A stretch of 63,867 bases of DNA, the filler included, from Vermamoeba vermiformis (taxonomy: Eukaryota): assembly GCA_045837725.1 (NCBI GenBank). It is 3 parts of 3 records of this genome, joined end to end, with 100 filler letters (N's around TTAATTAATTAA, not from the genome) between each part and the next. Parts side by side here need not be neighbours in the genome. Positions count along the whole stretch, not along the records: positions 1 to 14,820 come from JBEWZL010000120.1; 2 more parts are not named here. One strand, 5' to 3'. Every line of letters starts with the position of its first letter. Positions within the stretch are counted from its first letter, which is position 1. Below, in pieces: positions 1 through 9,042 of this stretch. Both the position numbers and the translations under genes were made by a program. Below the pieces are notes generated by a model. It worked only from the letters and a program-made list of their open reading frames with translations, searched no databases and was not told the origin of the DNA.

Positions 1-23
1 GAGAGAATATACGACAAACAAAA

Positions 24-1931
24 ATGCTTGCTATATTTATATTGTTAATAGACCTATTATCCACACATGATACTAGCCCACAAAATCCGAAACAAATCCA
101 AAAAAATAACATTCCGAAAACACAAATTCCACGCAAAAAACTATTACAAGTAAGACTCAAATATAAACATAACCGTGCACGCCAAAGCACTCTAAAAAAC
201 ATTGGCCCCGCAGTTTCAAACTGCCTAAAGAACTGGAAAAACACGATATACAATTTAAAAACACTCTTAATTATTCTACTAATGTATATTACTCTAAACA
301 TAAATAAACAAAAATTTCCTGAACCAATCTCATCTGAACCCGATCCCAAAATTACACCCAAAATATGTCTTATAATCACCCCTACGATAATAAATGGATC
401 ACTACTAAGCCGTCGTATCAGCTTAACACAAACGGAAAACCTTCTAGAAGCACAAACGGCCCGAACACGAACACATCCTGAAACATCGATCGAAACTTAC
501 ACCAACACAACATCACAAAAAGAAAGAAACACAGAAATAAAGCTCATAGGCGATATAACTAATCACAAGAGAGGTGAACAAAAAAATATAAATAGTAAGC
601 TGATCTTAAATCTAATTTATTCTCAAACTGTACTAATGAGCAAAAGAAGCAACCCGAGCTCAAATTGCTCATCTCCCAATAAACGGTTTAAAGCAGCGCT
701 CAACGTAAACCAATTCACAACACCATCAACGGAAGGAGGAAACATCCACGATGAGATCGAAGACGCATCAGTCGAAGAGACAACCAATATCGTTTCAGAA
801 ATAATGAACTTCTATAATGACCATGAAAACAACATAGGAGCTCCAAACAACAACAACAACGTCATCCAGACACTCGATGCACCCGATCAAGAGATCGAAG
901 TAACAAGCAACGAACCAAAAGAACACAACGCACAATATACTGAACAAACCAACCAAGAAGTTATCAACAACAACAATAACACTACTAAGCCTCCTTTAAC
1001 TACGCATCTGCCCAACAACGGATCCCAACTAGAAAACAACACGAATGGAATAACCGAAAAAACAACGAACGATAACGACATCGACATGGAAGAACAAACA
1101 TTACTTGACTTCCTCTCAATCGGAGATGATGACAATGATTTCTGGATCGGAGCTCAACAAATCTCACAGTCCCAACTAACCACGATCAACTCAAGAATCC
1201 GCAACATCGAAAACAAAATCGACATAAGTCGCAGCGTCACAGTCCTTATGAACAATATCAAAACTACCTACTGGTGTGCCTTCTCCGAACAAGCGAGAAC
1301 TGAGATCAGATCTCTTATCCCGATTGGACATACAATTATCACAGAACCACCAAGAGGAGAAGCGATAGTCCTTGATCGAGCAGCGATTATTATATCAGTA
1401 CCATTAGGACATAGAAACGAAGTACAGCAACAAGTTCAAACTAAGCTCCCCACCAAACCGTATTTCAAATGGTTTCTCGATGATTTCAACGCTACAAGAG
1501 AGAAGTGCTTAATTGTGTTCGATGCAGACGAACAACAACTTGATAAGATAATACCAACCAACGGTACATCGATCATCATCAACGGCACAAAATACTCACT
1601 CGAGATCAGTCATCCCAAAAATCTAACGTTATGGATGGGCCCAATTCCACCAAAATTAGCATACAACATCAAAGCAAGCAAATTGAAAATATTCTTAGAA
1701 GGCCAAATCTCGAAGACAAAAACGCAAGTAGTACGAGTATATATACCAAAATCGGACGGCCTACGCAAAGGAGAGTACGTACAAGTACACTGTGACAGTG
1801 AGATGGACGTCGCGACAATCAAACGTTTCCACAGAAAGATCGGATTCACCCGTGGCCACATTTTCGATATTTTCACACCAAGAGAATACGCTGAATCGAT
1901 TGCACGAAAGATCGCCGAGAAGAGAAAATGA
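24..1931 (+). CDS. LINE ORF1 nucleic-acid-binding protein (disordered N/T-rich region, short coiled coil, C-terminal RRM-like domain); real start may be ATG 637 (MSKRSNP)
   Basis: 635-aa ORF upstream of the pol ORF; heptad-like LTTINSRIRNIENKI; RNP2/RNP1-like LWMGPIP...KGEYVQVH. Confidence 0.8.
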   Translation: MLAIFILLIDLLSTHDTSPQNPKQIQKNNIPKTQIPRKKLLQVRLKYKHNRARQSTLKNIGPAVSNCLKNWKNTIYNLKTLLIILLMYITLNINKQKFPEPISSEPDPKITPKICLIITPTIINGSLLSRRISLTQTENLLEAQTARTRTHPETSIETYTNTTSQKERNTEIKLIGDITNHKRGEQKNINSKLILNLIYSQTVLMSKRSNPSSNCSSPNKRFKAALNVNQFTTPSTEGGNIHDEIEDASVEETTNIVSEIMNFYNDHENNIGAPNNNNNVIQTLDAPDQEIEVTSNEPKEHNAQYTEQTNQEVINNNNNTTKPPLTTHLPNNGSQLENNTNGITEKTTNDNDIDMEEQTLLDFLSIGDDDNDFWIGAQQISQSQLTTINSRIRNIENKIDISRSVTVLMNNIKTTYWCAFSEQARTEIRSLIPIGHTIITEPPRGEAIVLDRAAIIISVPLGHRNEVQQQVQTKLPTKPYFKWFLDDFNATREKCLIVFDADEQQLDKIIPTNGTSIIINGTKYSLEISHPKNLTLWMGPIPPKLAYNIKASKLKIFLEGQISKTKTQVVRVYIPKSDGLRKGEYVQVHCDSEMDVATIKRFHRKIGFTRGHIFDIFTPREYAESIARKIAEKRK

Positions 1932-4900
1932 AAACGAACACACCTCGACACTTAAAATATTAATAATTATAATCTTATTCACCGCATGTATCACTTTAAT
2001 AATAACATTTATAAACGAAATAAATTGCATATTAATTATCACAATTGTTAAACCACGATCCAAAAAAAATTATAGACGACTGAGTCTAAAGGTATTATAT
2101 ATACTTATAACACTATCGAAAAACACTATTATAATACCGACAATATACCACTCACAAATAAAACCAAAATTACGACCAAAACTTAAAGATCCATCTCGAA
2201 ACCAGCAGACAAAGCCCCAACGCGCCGAGAACCCTAAACAAAGTAGCGAAAAAATTGGAAATAATATTAAAGTAGCACTTGACAACGAGGAGATTAATAT
2301 TAAAACGCATTACACAAAGATCGCAATACAGGAGATCCGTAATGAATGCTCAAAAAGAATTAACTTACCACCGGAATGCATTAAATTATTCAAAGACGGT
2401 AAGATGATAACTAATATGAATAGCACCATAGATATCACTAACAACCAAGTCTGTTTAAAAGCCGAGATTGGCTTAATCGGAGGCGATCCGCAAATATCCT
2501 ATCCCAATCCCGACACAAAAACATGGCTTGGTAAACAAGTGAAAATAAAATTCAGTGATCAATACTACGAAGGCAGAATTATGGAAGAAAAAAGCCCGTT
2601 TAAGTTTCAGATCCAATGGTCACATCCGGAAAATGACAGCGAAATTGAACTGCTACCGCATGACTACGATGATAAGGACGAAAAAGAAGATGCGTGGTAT
2701 TTCCCTGAAGATCATAAACATAATATTAGACTAATTTCGAAAAATATCAACGGAGGCGCCGAAGACAAACTACAAGATATCGTCGAAGCTATAAGGAACA
2801 ATGAAATTGATTTTTATCTCATTCAAGAAACGAAAATTACTGCCGAAGACTACCTGTGTAGAAAACAAATACACAATGAAGTTGCAATTGAGTGGAACAA
2901 TCGCACTACGAAAGACATCGTCCAAGAGAGAAAAGAAAAACTAATAAAAAAGATTATGAACGATACTACCATAAACGAAACCGAGAAAGAAGACCGCATC
3001 AACTGGATCAACCCGCCAAAAAATGGTAAACACGGGATCGCAATTGCTTTCAATGTAAAATGGAAACCATTTATTAAAGAGATCATCAAAGATAAATACA
3101 AGCGTTTCATAATCTTGATCATTGAAGTAAATAAAGAGACGCTTGCAATAGTAAATGTTTACGGTCCGGCAACGTCAAATAAAACCGAAAAGAAAGCATT
3201 CTACGAACGCTTTCTTAAAAAGATCGATAAAATTATCGACAGAAATACAAACTCTCATATAATAATAGGAGGCGACCTAAATATCCGCCTTAAAAAATCA
3301 GATCCGAAATTCAATAAAACCTCTAAACATGCAAACCACTGCGAAACGGTAACGAACAACTTTGATATACGCGCTCTCGCCGATTGCTTCCGATATTGTT
3401 ACCCATTACGGAAAGGATTCACGTTCGAAAGAGAAAACAAAGACGAAACGTCACCAGAGATCTATCGAACACGATCCAGGATAGACTATTTCATTACCAA
3501 CAAAAAAGGACGTATTATCAACTGCGATATATGGAAACAAGACAGAATACATTCCGATCACCGCGCAATCATACTCGAATACAGCTTTACAACAGTCAAA
3601 GATAGCGCGACAAGCCAAGAACGGAGAGAAAAAATCGATACCCACAACCTTGATAAAAAATCAACGCCAAATAAGCTACAAACCCTCTACGAAAGCAGCG
3701 GATTCCACTTGACAGGCACCGAACCAATGTCCAGAATAAACGAAAAACTTAACGAATGGCACGAATTAATATTCCAAAAGTTCAAATCTAACAACAAACG
3801 AGAACCGTACAAACAAGATGCAGAACTAAACAACATCAAACGAAATATACATCAAATACTGAAAGCTCTCCGACTTAAACACAAAATATATATGCTAGCA
3901 TCGCCATCGAGAGAAAAGAAACTAAAAAAGATACTCGGGAAATGCAACATCAACACGAATGCGTCTGCAGAGGAAATCAAAGAAAGAAAACGCGAAGAGG
4001 TTAAAAAATATAATAAGAGGATAAAACAAATGAAAACAAATGATATCAATTCAAGAGTTGAACGACGACTTAGCCTACGAGACACAAATTTCAAAACATA
4101 TATCGGACTAATCTTCGAAACTCTAACAAGCAACAAGACAATCCCATTCATCAAACAAAACAACGTAACAATAACAGACAAAGAAGGCATCCGCAACCAA
4201 GTGCGCTCATTTTGGGAAGCAACACTCACGTCGTCTACCCCCCCAAGAACCGATACTCCTGTATGGCTCGAAAAAGACATTCACATCGAATATAACCTTG
4301 ACCTAATGCGTAAGATATCACTGCGAGAAATTCGAGAGACAATCGCTAAAATGGCAAACCATAAAACACCAGGTAGCGATAAAATACCGATCGACATACT
4401 TAAACACTGCTCAAAAGACGTACTGAAAGAGTACAAAAAGATATTCAACGCTATATTAATACAAAAACAGATCCCAACCAAATGGAAAGAATCGCTGATC
4501 TCATTAATCCACAAAGGAGGCGACCAAGGAGACCCGGGCAACTACAGACCGATTAGCCTACTCCAGGTAGAATATAAAATCTTCAGCAGTATTATAAAAG
4601 ACCGCCTCGAAGAGTACTTCGAAACAAATAAATTACTTTCGCAATTCCAAGCAGGGTTTCGAAGCAATATGAGCACGGCAAGACAAATTTCAATACTACA
4701 AAATATCATCGAAGACAATAAAACAACCAAAAAGCTACACCTAGAATATATCGATTTTAGTAAAGCCTACGACAGCGTAGAACATTGGGGACTTAAACAG
4801 GTTATGGAATACTATAAAGTGGACCATAACTTTATCGAATTAATAATTAACATGTACACTGATAATACCGCAGCGGTAATTGTAAACGGAGAGCTGTCTG

Positions 4901-7353
4901 CACCGATCGATATCAAAAAAGGAGTAAAACAAGGAGACGGACTCTCACCACTACTATTCATAATATTTATTAATCCAATTCTAAAACATATCGAAAACAA
5001 GTACGACGGATACGTACTCAATGTTGAAAAACCAATACGAATACCCACCCTTGCATACGCCGACGACATTGCACTAATTGCACAATCATTCAAAGAGCTA
5101 ACAGAAATGAGTGCGGATCTGGAAAAATTCTCGACGTACTACAACATACTCGTTAACCACGATAAGTCAGCCTTCACAGCGAATGAAACGACAGGAAAAG
5201 AGATTAAATTCTACAATAAAAACATCAAAACACTGAAAGCGAACGAGAACTACAAATACCTCGGCATACCTATGAATATCGAAGGTGACCTAACGCAAAC
5301 CTTTGAGCACTTCCAAAAGAAATTCTTAAATAAACTAGCCATAATTCGAACAAAAAACCTATCGGTGAACTGCAAAGCCGAACTGATAACACGAGTAATA
5401 CTGCCAATAATACAATACCCATTTCATAACATAATATTTCCAACTAAAACGCTCAACAAAATATCAGATAGCATATTCACGTGCCTCAAGAGGTCGATTC
5501 CGATACGACAAAACCTCAACAATGCACAATTCTCAATAAGTAGAGACGAAGGTGGATTGAACGTCCCCAACGTAGAAGACCTCAACTACAGAACATTCGC
5601 AGACTTCATATTCGAAAGAGGTCTCAACAGAAATGATATATTATCCGACATCCTGGAATACAGAATGAAGGCAGTTGATATCGATAACATCAATAAACTA
5701 GAGTCACCGAAAACCAAAATACAAAACATTAACCCCAACGACAACATTATAATAAATGCAATTAAATGCTGCCACCGATTTAAGGTCGGAATCACTATCA
5801 ATGAAAACGGCAGCCCCTTATTACAAAGTATTAACTCGTTACCGCTGCGAGATAAACTACGAAACATGAATATCAAATACACCAGAGATATTTCCACTCA
5901 AACCAAACTAATTAAATCGCGCTTCCATCTAAACCTAACCAGCAGTAGCCCATTAACGAATAAAGAATACCTAGCAGTCAGGAGAATAATCACAGATAAC
6001 GGCCAAATCAAGAACGAAATCATTGACAAAGAACTAGCCGAGGAGCGCAGCAGAACCAGAATAAACGCCGAAACCACTGAAGAAGACCTTATAACGATTG
6101 ATGGAGAGACGTGGGTATGGACAGATGGCTCATGGGACAAAGAACAAAATAAAGCGGGATTCGGTGTTTTCTTTACGCGCAACTCAAAACTCAACACAGC
6201 CCGCAGAACCAACGATATACAAGACTCGTTCGAGTCGGAACTAGAAGCTATAGAATATGCTATCAACACACATCAACGCCAAGACCTCAGAATTTTTACA
6301 GATTGCACGAGCGCGATACACGTACTAACGAATAAAAAGAAAAGACCACCACCAAAATACGAAGCTGTAATCAACAGGATAAAGGCAACGATCGCGGAAA
6401 AGAAAATTGGAGTAAGCTACGAACACGTACCTAGCCATATCGGCGATAAAATGAATAAACTACAAAAAGACCCCAAAAAGCTAAAAGAACTCAAAGAAAA
6501 ACTCAAGACCCTACAAGATAAATACGGAGACAACTACTCGAGAATAATCGTAGGCAACGAAGCGGCAGATCAACTAGCCAAACAAAGCCTCAAATTAATG
6601 AGAATTGGTGTAGTGCCAAGACTCGCCAGAAAATACATATTTACAATTGATGACACAATACAAACGGATAAACTAAGCAACCTAATCAAACTAGAAGAAC
6701 AACGAAGACACCACGAGACTGTTAAACTTAAAGACGTCAGAAAACTCCGAGCAGCAGCGCATAAAACCAGCTACCTGCATAACAAGGACTTTACCAACAA
6801 CGATGTAAACTTCATTTTCAAACTAAGGAATAAACAACTGAACGGCAAGGTAGAGATGATGCGCAAGATCAGGAAAGAAGGGACAGACCGAGAGAATCTC
6901 CGACTCAAAACAATATACACGAACAACCAATGCGTACATTGCAAAAAACCAGAAGATACCAAACATATAATCGCAGCGTGCAGAGAGTACGAACCAATTA
7001 GAAGAAAGCTCGACCACGAAATAGACGGCATCCTCGAAAAATATAAAATACCCCCAGGAGACCCATGCAGATGGTATAGAATAAAGAATAGAAACTTTAG
7101 AGACGCGGCAGAATTTGAAAAAGAAGAAATAAATAATATTGCCGGAGTTTCCGGTTTCCTTCCAAAATACACGTATAATTACCTCAAACAATTTATAGAA
7201 GATGAAGAAAATTTAATAGAACTAAGTACTAAACTAATACATACCCAGATAAAATTCTTCCGCAAAATCTACAGATACAGATGCAAGACTTTCTTCGACG
7301 AGCTGAAGAAAACGATAGACCGAGAAACATTGGCTAAAACAAGATATAAATAA
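1792..7353 (+). CDS. LINE ORF2 polyprotein: Ubl + Tudor-like + APE endonuclease + reverse transcriptase + RNase H + zinc-binding motif (start uncertain)
   Basis: APE motifs NINGG, IQET, NVYGP, GGDLN, RIDYF, SDH (2725-3585); RT motifs KTPGSD, YRPISLL, QAGFR, DFSKAYD, GVKQGDGLSP, YADD (5056-5067), YKYLG; RNase H TDGS, ELEAI, TDC, HVPSH, GNEAAD (6112-6585); CxxC..H..C (6931-6981). Confidence 0.95.
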   Translation: MTVRWTSRQSNVSTERSDSPVATFSIFSHQENTLNRLHERSPRRENENEHTSTLKILIIIILFTACITLIITFINEINCILIITIVKPRSKKNYRRLSLKVLYILITLSKNTIIIPTIYHSQIKPKLRPKLKDPSRNQQTKPQRAENPKQSSEKIGNNIKVALDNEEINIKTHYTKIAIQEIRNECSKRINLPPECIKLFKDGKMITNMNSTIDITNNQVCLKAEIGLIGGDPQISYPNPDTKTWLGKQVKIKFSDQYYEGRIMEEKSPFKFQIQWSHPENDSEIELLPHDYDDKDEKEDAWYFPEDHKHNIRLISKNINGGAEDKLQDIVEAIRNNEIDFYLIQETKITAEDYLCRKQIHNEVAIEWNNRTTKDIVQERKEKLIKKIMNDTTINETEKEDRINWINPPKNGKHGIAIAFNVKWKPFIKEIIKDKYKRFIILIIEVNKETLAIVNVYGPATSNKTEKKAFYERFLKKIDKIIDRNTNSHIIIGGDLNIRLKKSDPKFNKTSKHANHCETVTNNFDIRALADCFRYCYPLRKGFTFERENKDETSPEIYRTRSRIDYFITNKKGRIINCDIWKQDRIHSDHRAIILEYSFTTVKDSATSQERREKIDTHNLDKKSTPNKLQTLYESSGFHLTGTEPMSRINEKLNEWHELIFQKFKSNNKREPYKQDAELNNIKRNIHQILKALRLKHKIYMLASPSREKKLKKILGKCNINTNASAEEIKERKREEVKKYNKRIKQMKTNDINSRVERRLSLRDTNFKTYIGLIFETLTSNKTIPFIKQNNVTITDKEGIRNQVRSFWEATLTSSTPPRTDTPVWLEKDIHIEYNLDLMRKISLREIRETIAKMANHKTPGSDKIPIDILKHCSKDVLKEYKKIFNAILIQKQIPTKWKESLISLIHKGGDQGDPGNYRPISLLQVEYKIFSSIIKDRLEEYFETNKLLSQFQAGFRSNMSTARQISILQNIIEDNKTTKKLHLEYIDFSKAYDSVEHWGLKQVMEYYKVDHNFIELIINMYTDNTAAVIVNGELSAPIDIKKGVKQGDGLSPLLFIIFINPILKHIENKYDGYVLNVEKPIRIPTLAYADDIALIAQSFKELTEMSADLEKFSTYYNILVNHDKSAFTANETTGKEIKFYNKNIKTLKANENYKYLGIPMNIEGDLTQTFEHFQKKFLNKLAIIRTKNLSVNCKAELITRVILPIIQYPFHNIIFPTKTLNKISDSIFTCLKRSIPIRQNLNNAQFSISRDEGGLNVPNVEDLNYRTFADFIFERGLNRNDILSDILEYRMKAVDIDNINKLESPKTKIQNINPNDNIIINAIKCCHRFKVGITINENGSPLLQSINSLPLRDKLRNMNIKYTRDISTQTKLIKSRFHLNLTSSSPLTNKEYLAVRRIITDNGQIKNEIIDKELAEERSRTRINAETTEEDLITIDGETWVWTDGSWDKEQNKAGFGVFFTRNSKLNTARRTNDIQDSFESELEAIEYAINTHQRQDLRIFTDCTSAIHVLTNKKKRPPPKYEAVINRIKATIAEKKIGVSYEHVPSHIGDKMNKLQKDPKKLKELKEKLKTLQDKYGDNYSRIIVGNEAADQLAKQSLKLMRIGVVPRLARKYIFTIDDTIQTDKLSNLIKLEEQRRHHETVKLKDVRKLRAAAHKTSYLHNKDFTNNDVNFIFKLRNKQLNGKVEMMRKIRKEGTDRENLRLKTIYTNNQCVHCKKPEDTKHIIAACREYEPIRRKLDHEIDGILEKYKIPPGDPCRWYRIKNRNFRDAAEFEKEEINNIAGVSGFLPKYTYNYLKQFIEDEENLIELSTKLIHTQIKFFRKIYRYRCKTFFDELKKTIDRETLAKTRYK

Positions 7354-7365
7354 ATACTACATAAT

Positions 7366-7440
7366 CAGGACGGGACCCCAGCTTAGCTGAACTCGCCAAT
7401 CAGGGCGATGGGCCCCGCCCTGGCCGAAATTTTCTCGGCC
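7366..7440 (+). other. GC-rich structured LINE 3' UTR
   Basis: Stems GGCCGA/TCGGCC, CAGGGCG/CGCCCTG, TCGCC/GGCGA, CAGC/GCTG within an otherwise A-rich element. Confidence 0.6.
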
Positions 7441-7451
7441 GAAAAAACCTC

Positions 7452-7470
7452 ACATAACATAACATAACAT
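7452..7470 (+). repeat. (ACATA)n microsatellite tail marking the LINE 3' terminus
   Basis: ACATA ACATA ACATA ACAT right after the 3' UTR; base composition changes after it. Confidence 0.8.
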
Positions 7471-8001
7471 TTTACCCGTATTCATCGTCTAGCATACCAC
7501 AATGTTATAAGTGTTGTCTGTATTCAAGTAGCTGCAACGATCGTCGATACGATGTTTCAGATTCGGATTTCGAGATTTGGAAAGTTTTTTTATTGTGGAA
7601 GAAGACGGCAATCGAATAGCGTGACTGCTGCAGTATTAACGGTATAATAGCATGGTTGTTACAGACAATATACAATTTTGTTTGGATTGATCCGTTAAAA
7701 ATCGTTTTAGCCTTCTAATTTAATTCATTACGCACTATTTATTTGCAATTAATTTCGCATTTAATTTTTGTAGCAATCTCGAGTGCACGAGCGGATAAAT
7801 TCAATCCCAACTACCTTTCATCCGCAACATGTTAGTTTTAATCTTACAGCGCACTGTAGCAGCAACATTATTATAATTTTAGCATTTACTGTAATAGTTA
7901 AGAGAAAGGGTGTTGGATGCGGAGCTGTGCCAGTACGCAACTCGAAATTTACGCGTGCAAAAAGATTATTGGCAGTCCCGACAGCATTTAATGGCCGCAA
8001 A

Positions 8002-9042
8002 TCAAATTGATTTTTCATTCAAATTACACTTATAATCCACCAAATCATCGGTGACGTAGTAAGCAGAGCTACTGTCATCAAAGCCAGTGAAGGGGTCGTA
8101 AAGATCGGGCGTGATCATAAATTGAGACGCATTGTTGATAGCGTACGCCGAGGCTGAAAAGTAAAGATTAAAAATCGGATGACAAAAAGAATTCTCTGGA
8201 TGGCTTATTTAGCCAACTTACTGAATTTCTTATCGAAGAAATAGAGGCCGTGGTTGACGACATCAGGACTAAAAGCGAAATATTCGCCTTTAAAAATTCC
8301 GGCCTTCTGGATGTTGAGATAGTAATCGCCATAAATTGGGTTGATAGTCTTGACTATGCCGCCTTCGTACTTTCGCAAGATATCCTCGGCAGGATCTATA
8401 CAAAGCTAAATTTTAAAATCCCGTTTAAAAATAATGTCACATCCCAAAACCCCAAATTTGAAATCATTGCTTATTTAAGTATCGGATCCGAAAATATGAT
8501 TCTGCTACGTACCAACGGTATAAACATCCCAAGTCGAGGTATTATAGTTGTACAAGGACACCCATAAGGTTCCGCCGAAGACGTAGAATCCGATCTGGTA
8601 ATCTTTTTCAGGGTTATAGAAAGGATCCTTAGCGTAGGCATCACCTCTTTGCGATGTATTAATTTCATTGAGCAATTTGGTGCCTTCGGTAGTTCCATCC
8701 GTAACGACGATCTGCTTGAAAAGCTTGCCTGTGAACCGAATTAAGTTAGATATTGCAAAAAGACTATAAGTACATATTCGTATTATTAAGTAGACGCATT
8801 ATTCGCTTAAAACTAATCACATTCGAACTTTAAAAAAACATAATCCGGATTTGTTGCATACCTGTAATGTTGACGCTGGTATACGCCTTGCCTGCACTTT
8901 CGATAATATACCAAGTGCCAGGAAATGACGAATCAGGTCCTGGATTAATGTCGGCGAGCAGTGTGTCGGGATAGCCGGATGCATCTTGGCAGTTTGCAAA
9001 CGCTGTCAACGCGACAATGAAAATTATAATGATTTTCATCAC
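8002..9042 (-). CDS. Secreted protein with ELWxxDGT-type repeat (multi-exon; 3' end uncertain)
   Basis: Signal peptide MKIIIIFIVALTAFANC; LLADINPGPDSSFP and spliced exon VVTDGTTEGTKLLNEIN; GT-AG introns. Confidence 0.55.

Larger units (their letters stand above)
1..7470 (+). mobile_element. Non-LTR retrotransposon (LINE; APE + RT + RNase H), apparently intact; 5' end may lie at or before the window start
   Basis: Two long intronless overlapping ORFs, strongly A-rich sense strand, EN/RT/RNH domains in ORF2, GC-rich structured 3' UTR and (ACATA)n tail ending at 7470. Confidence 0.95.

Noticed and set aside
2461-2520. Possible 2A-like ribosome-skipping peptide (GLIGGDPQISYPNP)
   Set aside because: Lacks the required D(V/I)ExNPGP; better explained as a Ubl C-terminus
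4300-5300. RT as retron, group II intron, DGR or telomerase
   Set aside because: APE + RT + RNase H layout, ORF1 and 3' tail identify a non-LTR retrotransposon in a eukaryotic context
887-7191. Many minus-strand hydrophobic ORFs antisense to the LINE
   Set aside because: Shadow ORFs caused by the A-rich sense strand; no recognisable motifs
7366-7446. Hammerhead or HDV-like ribozyme in the LINE 3' UTR
   Set aside because: CTGA and GAAA are present but the CUGANGA core is missing and I could not assign an HDV double pseudoknot by eye
7471-8001. LINE interrupting the ELWxxDGT-type gene
   Set aside because: The gene has a plausible stop at 8002, further exons are unsupported, and no TSD can be checked because the 5' flank is outside the window
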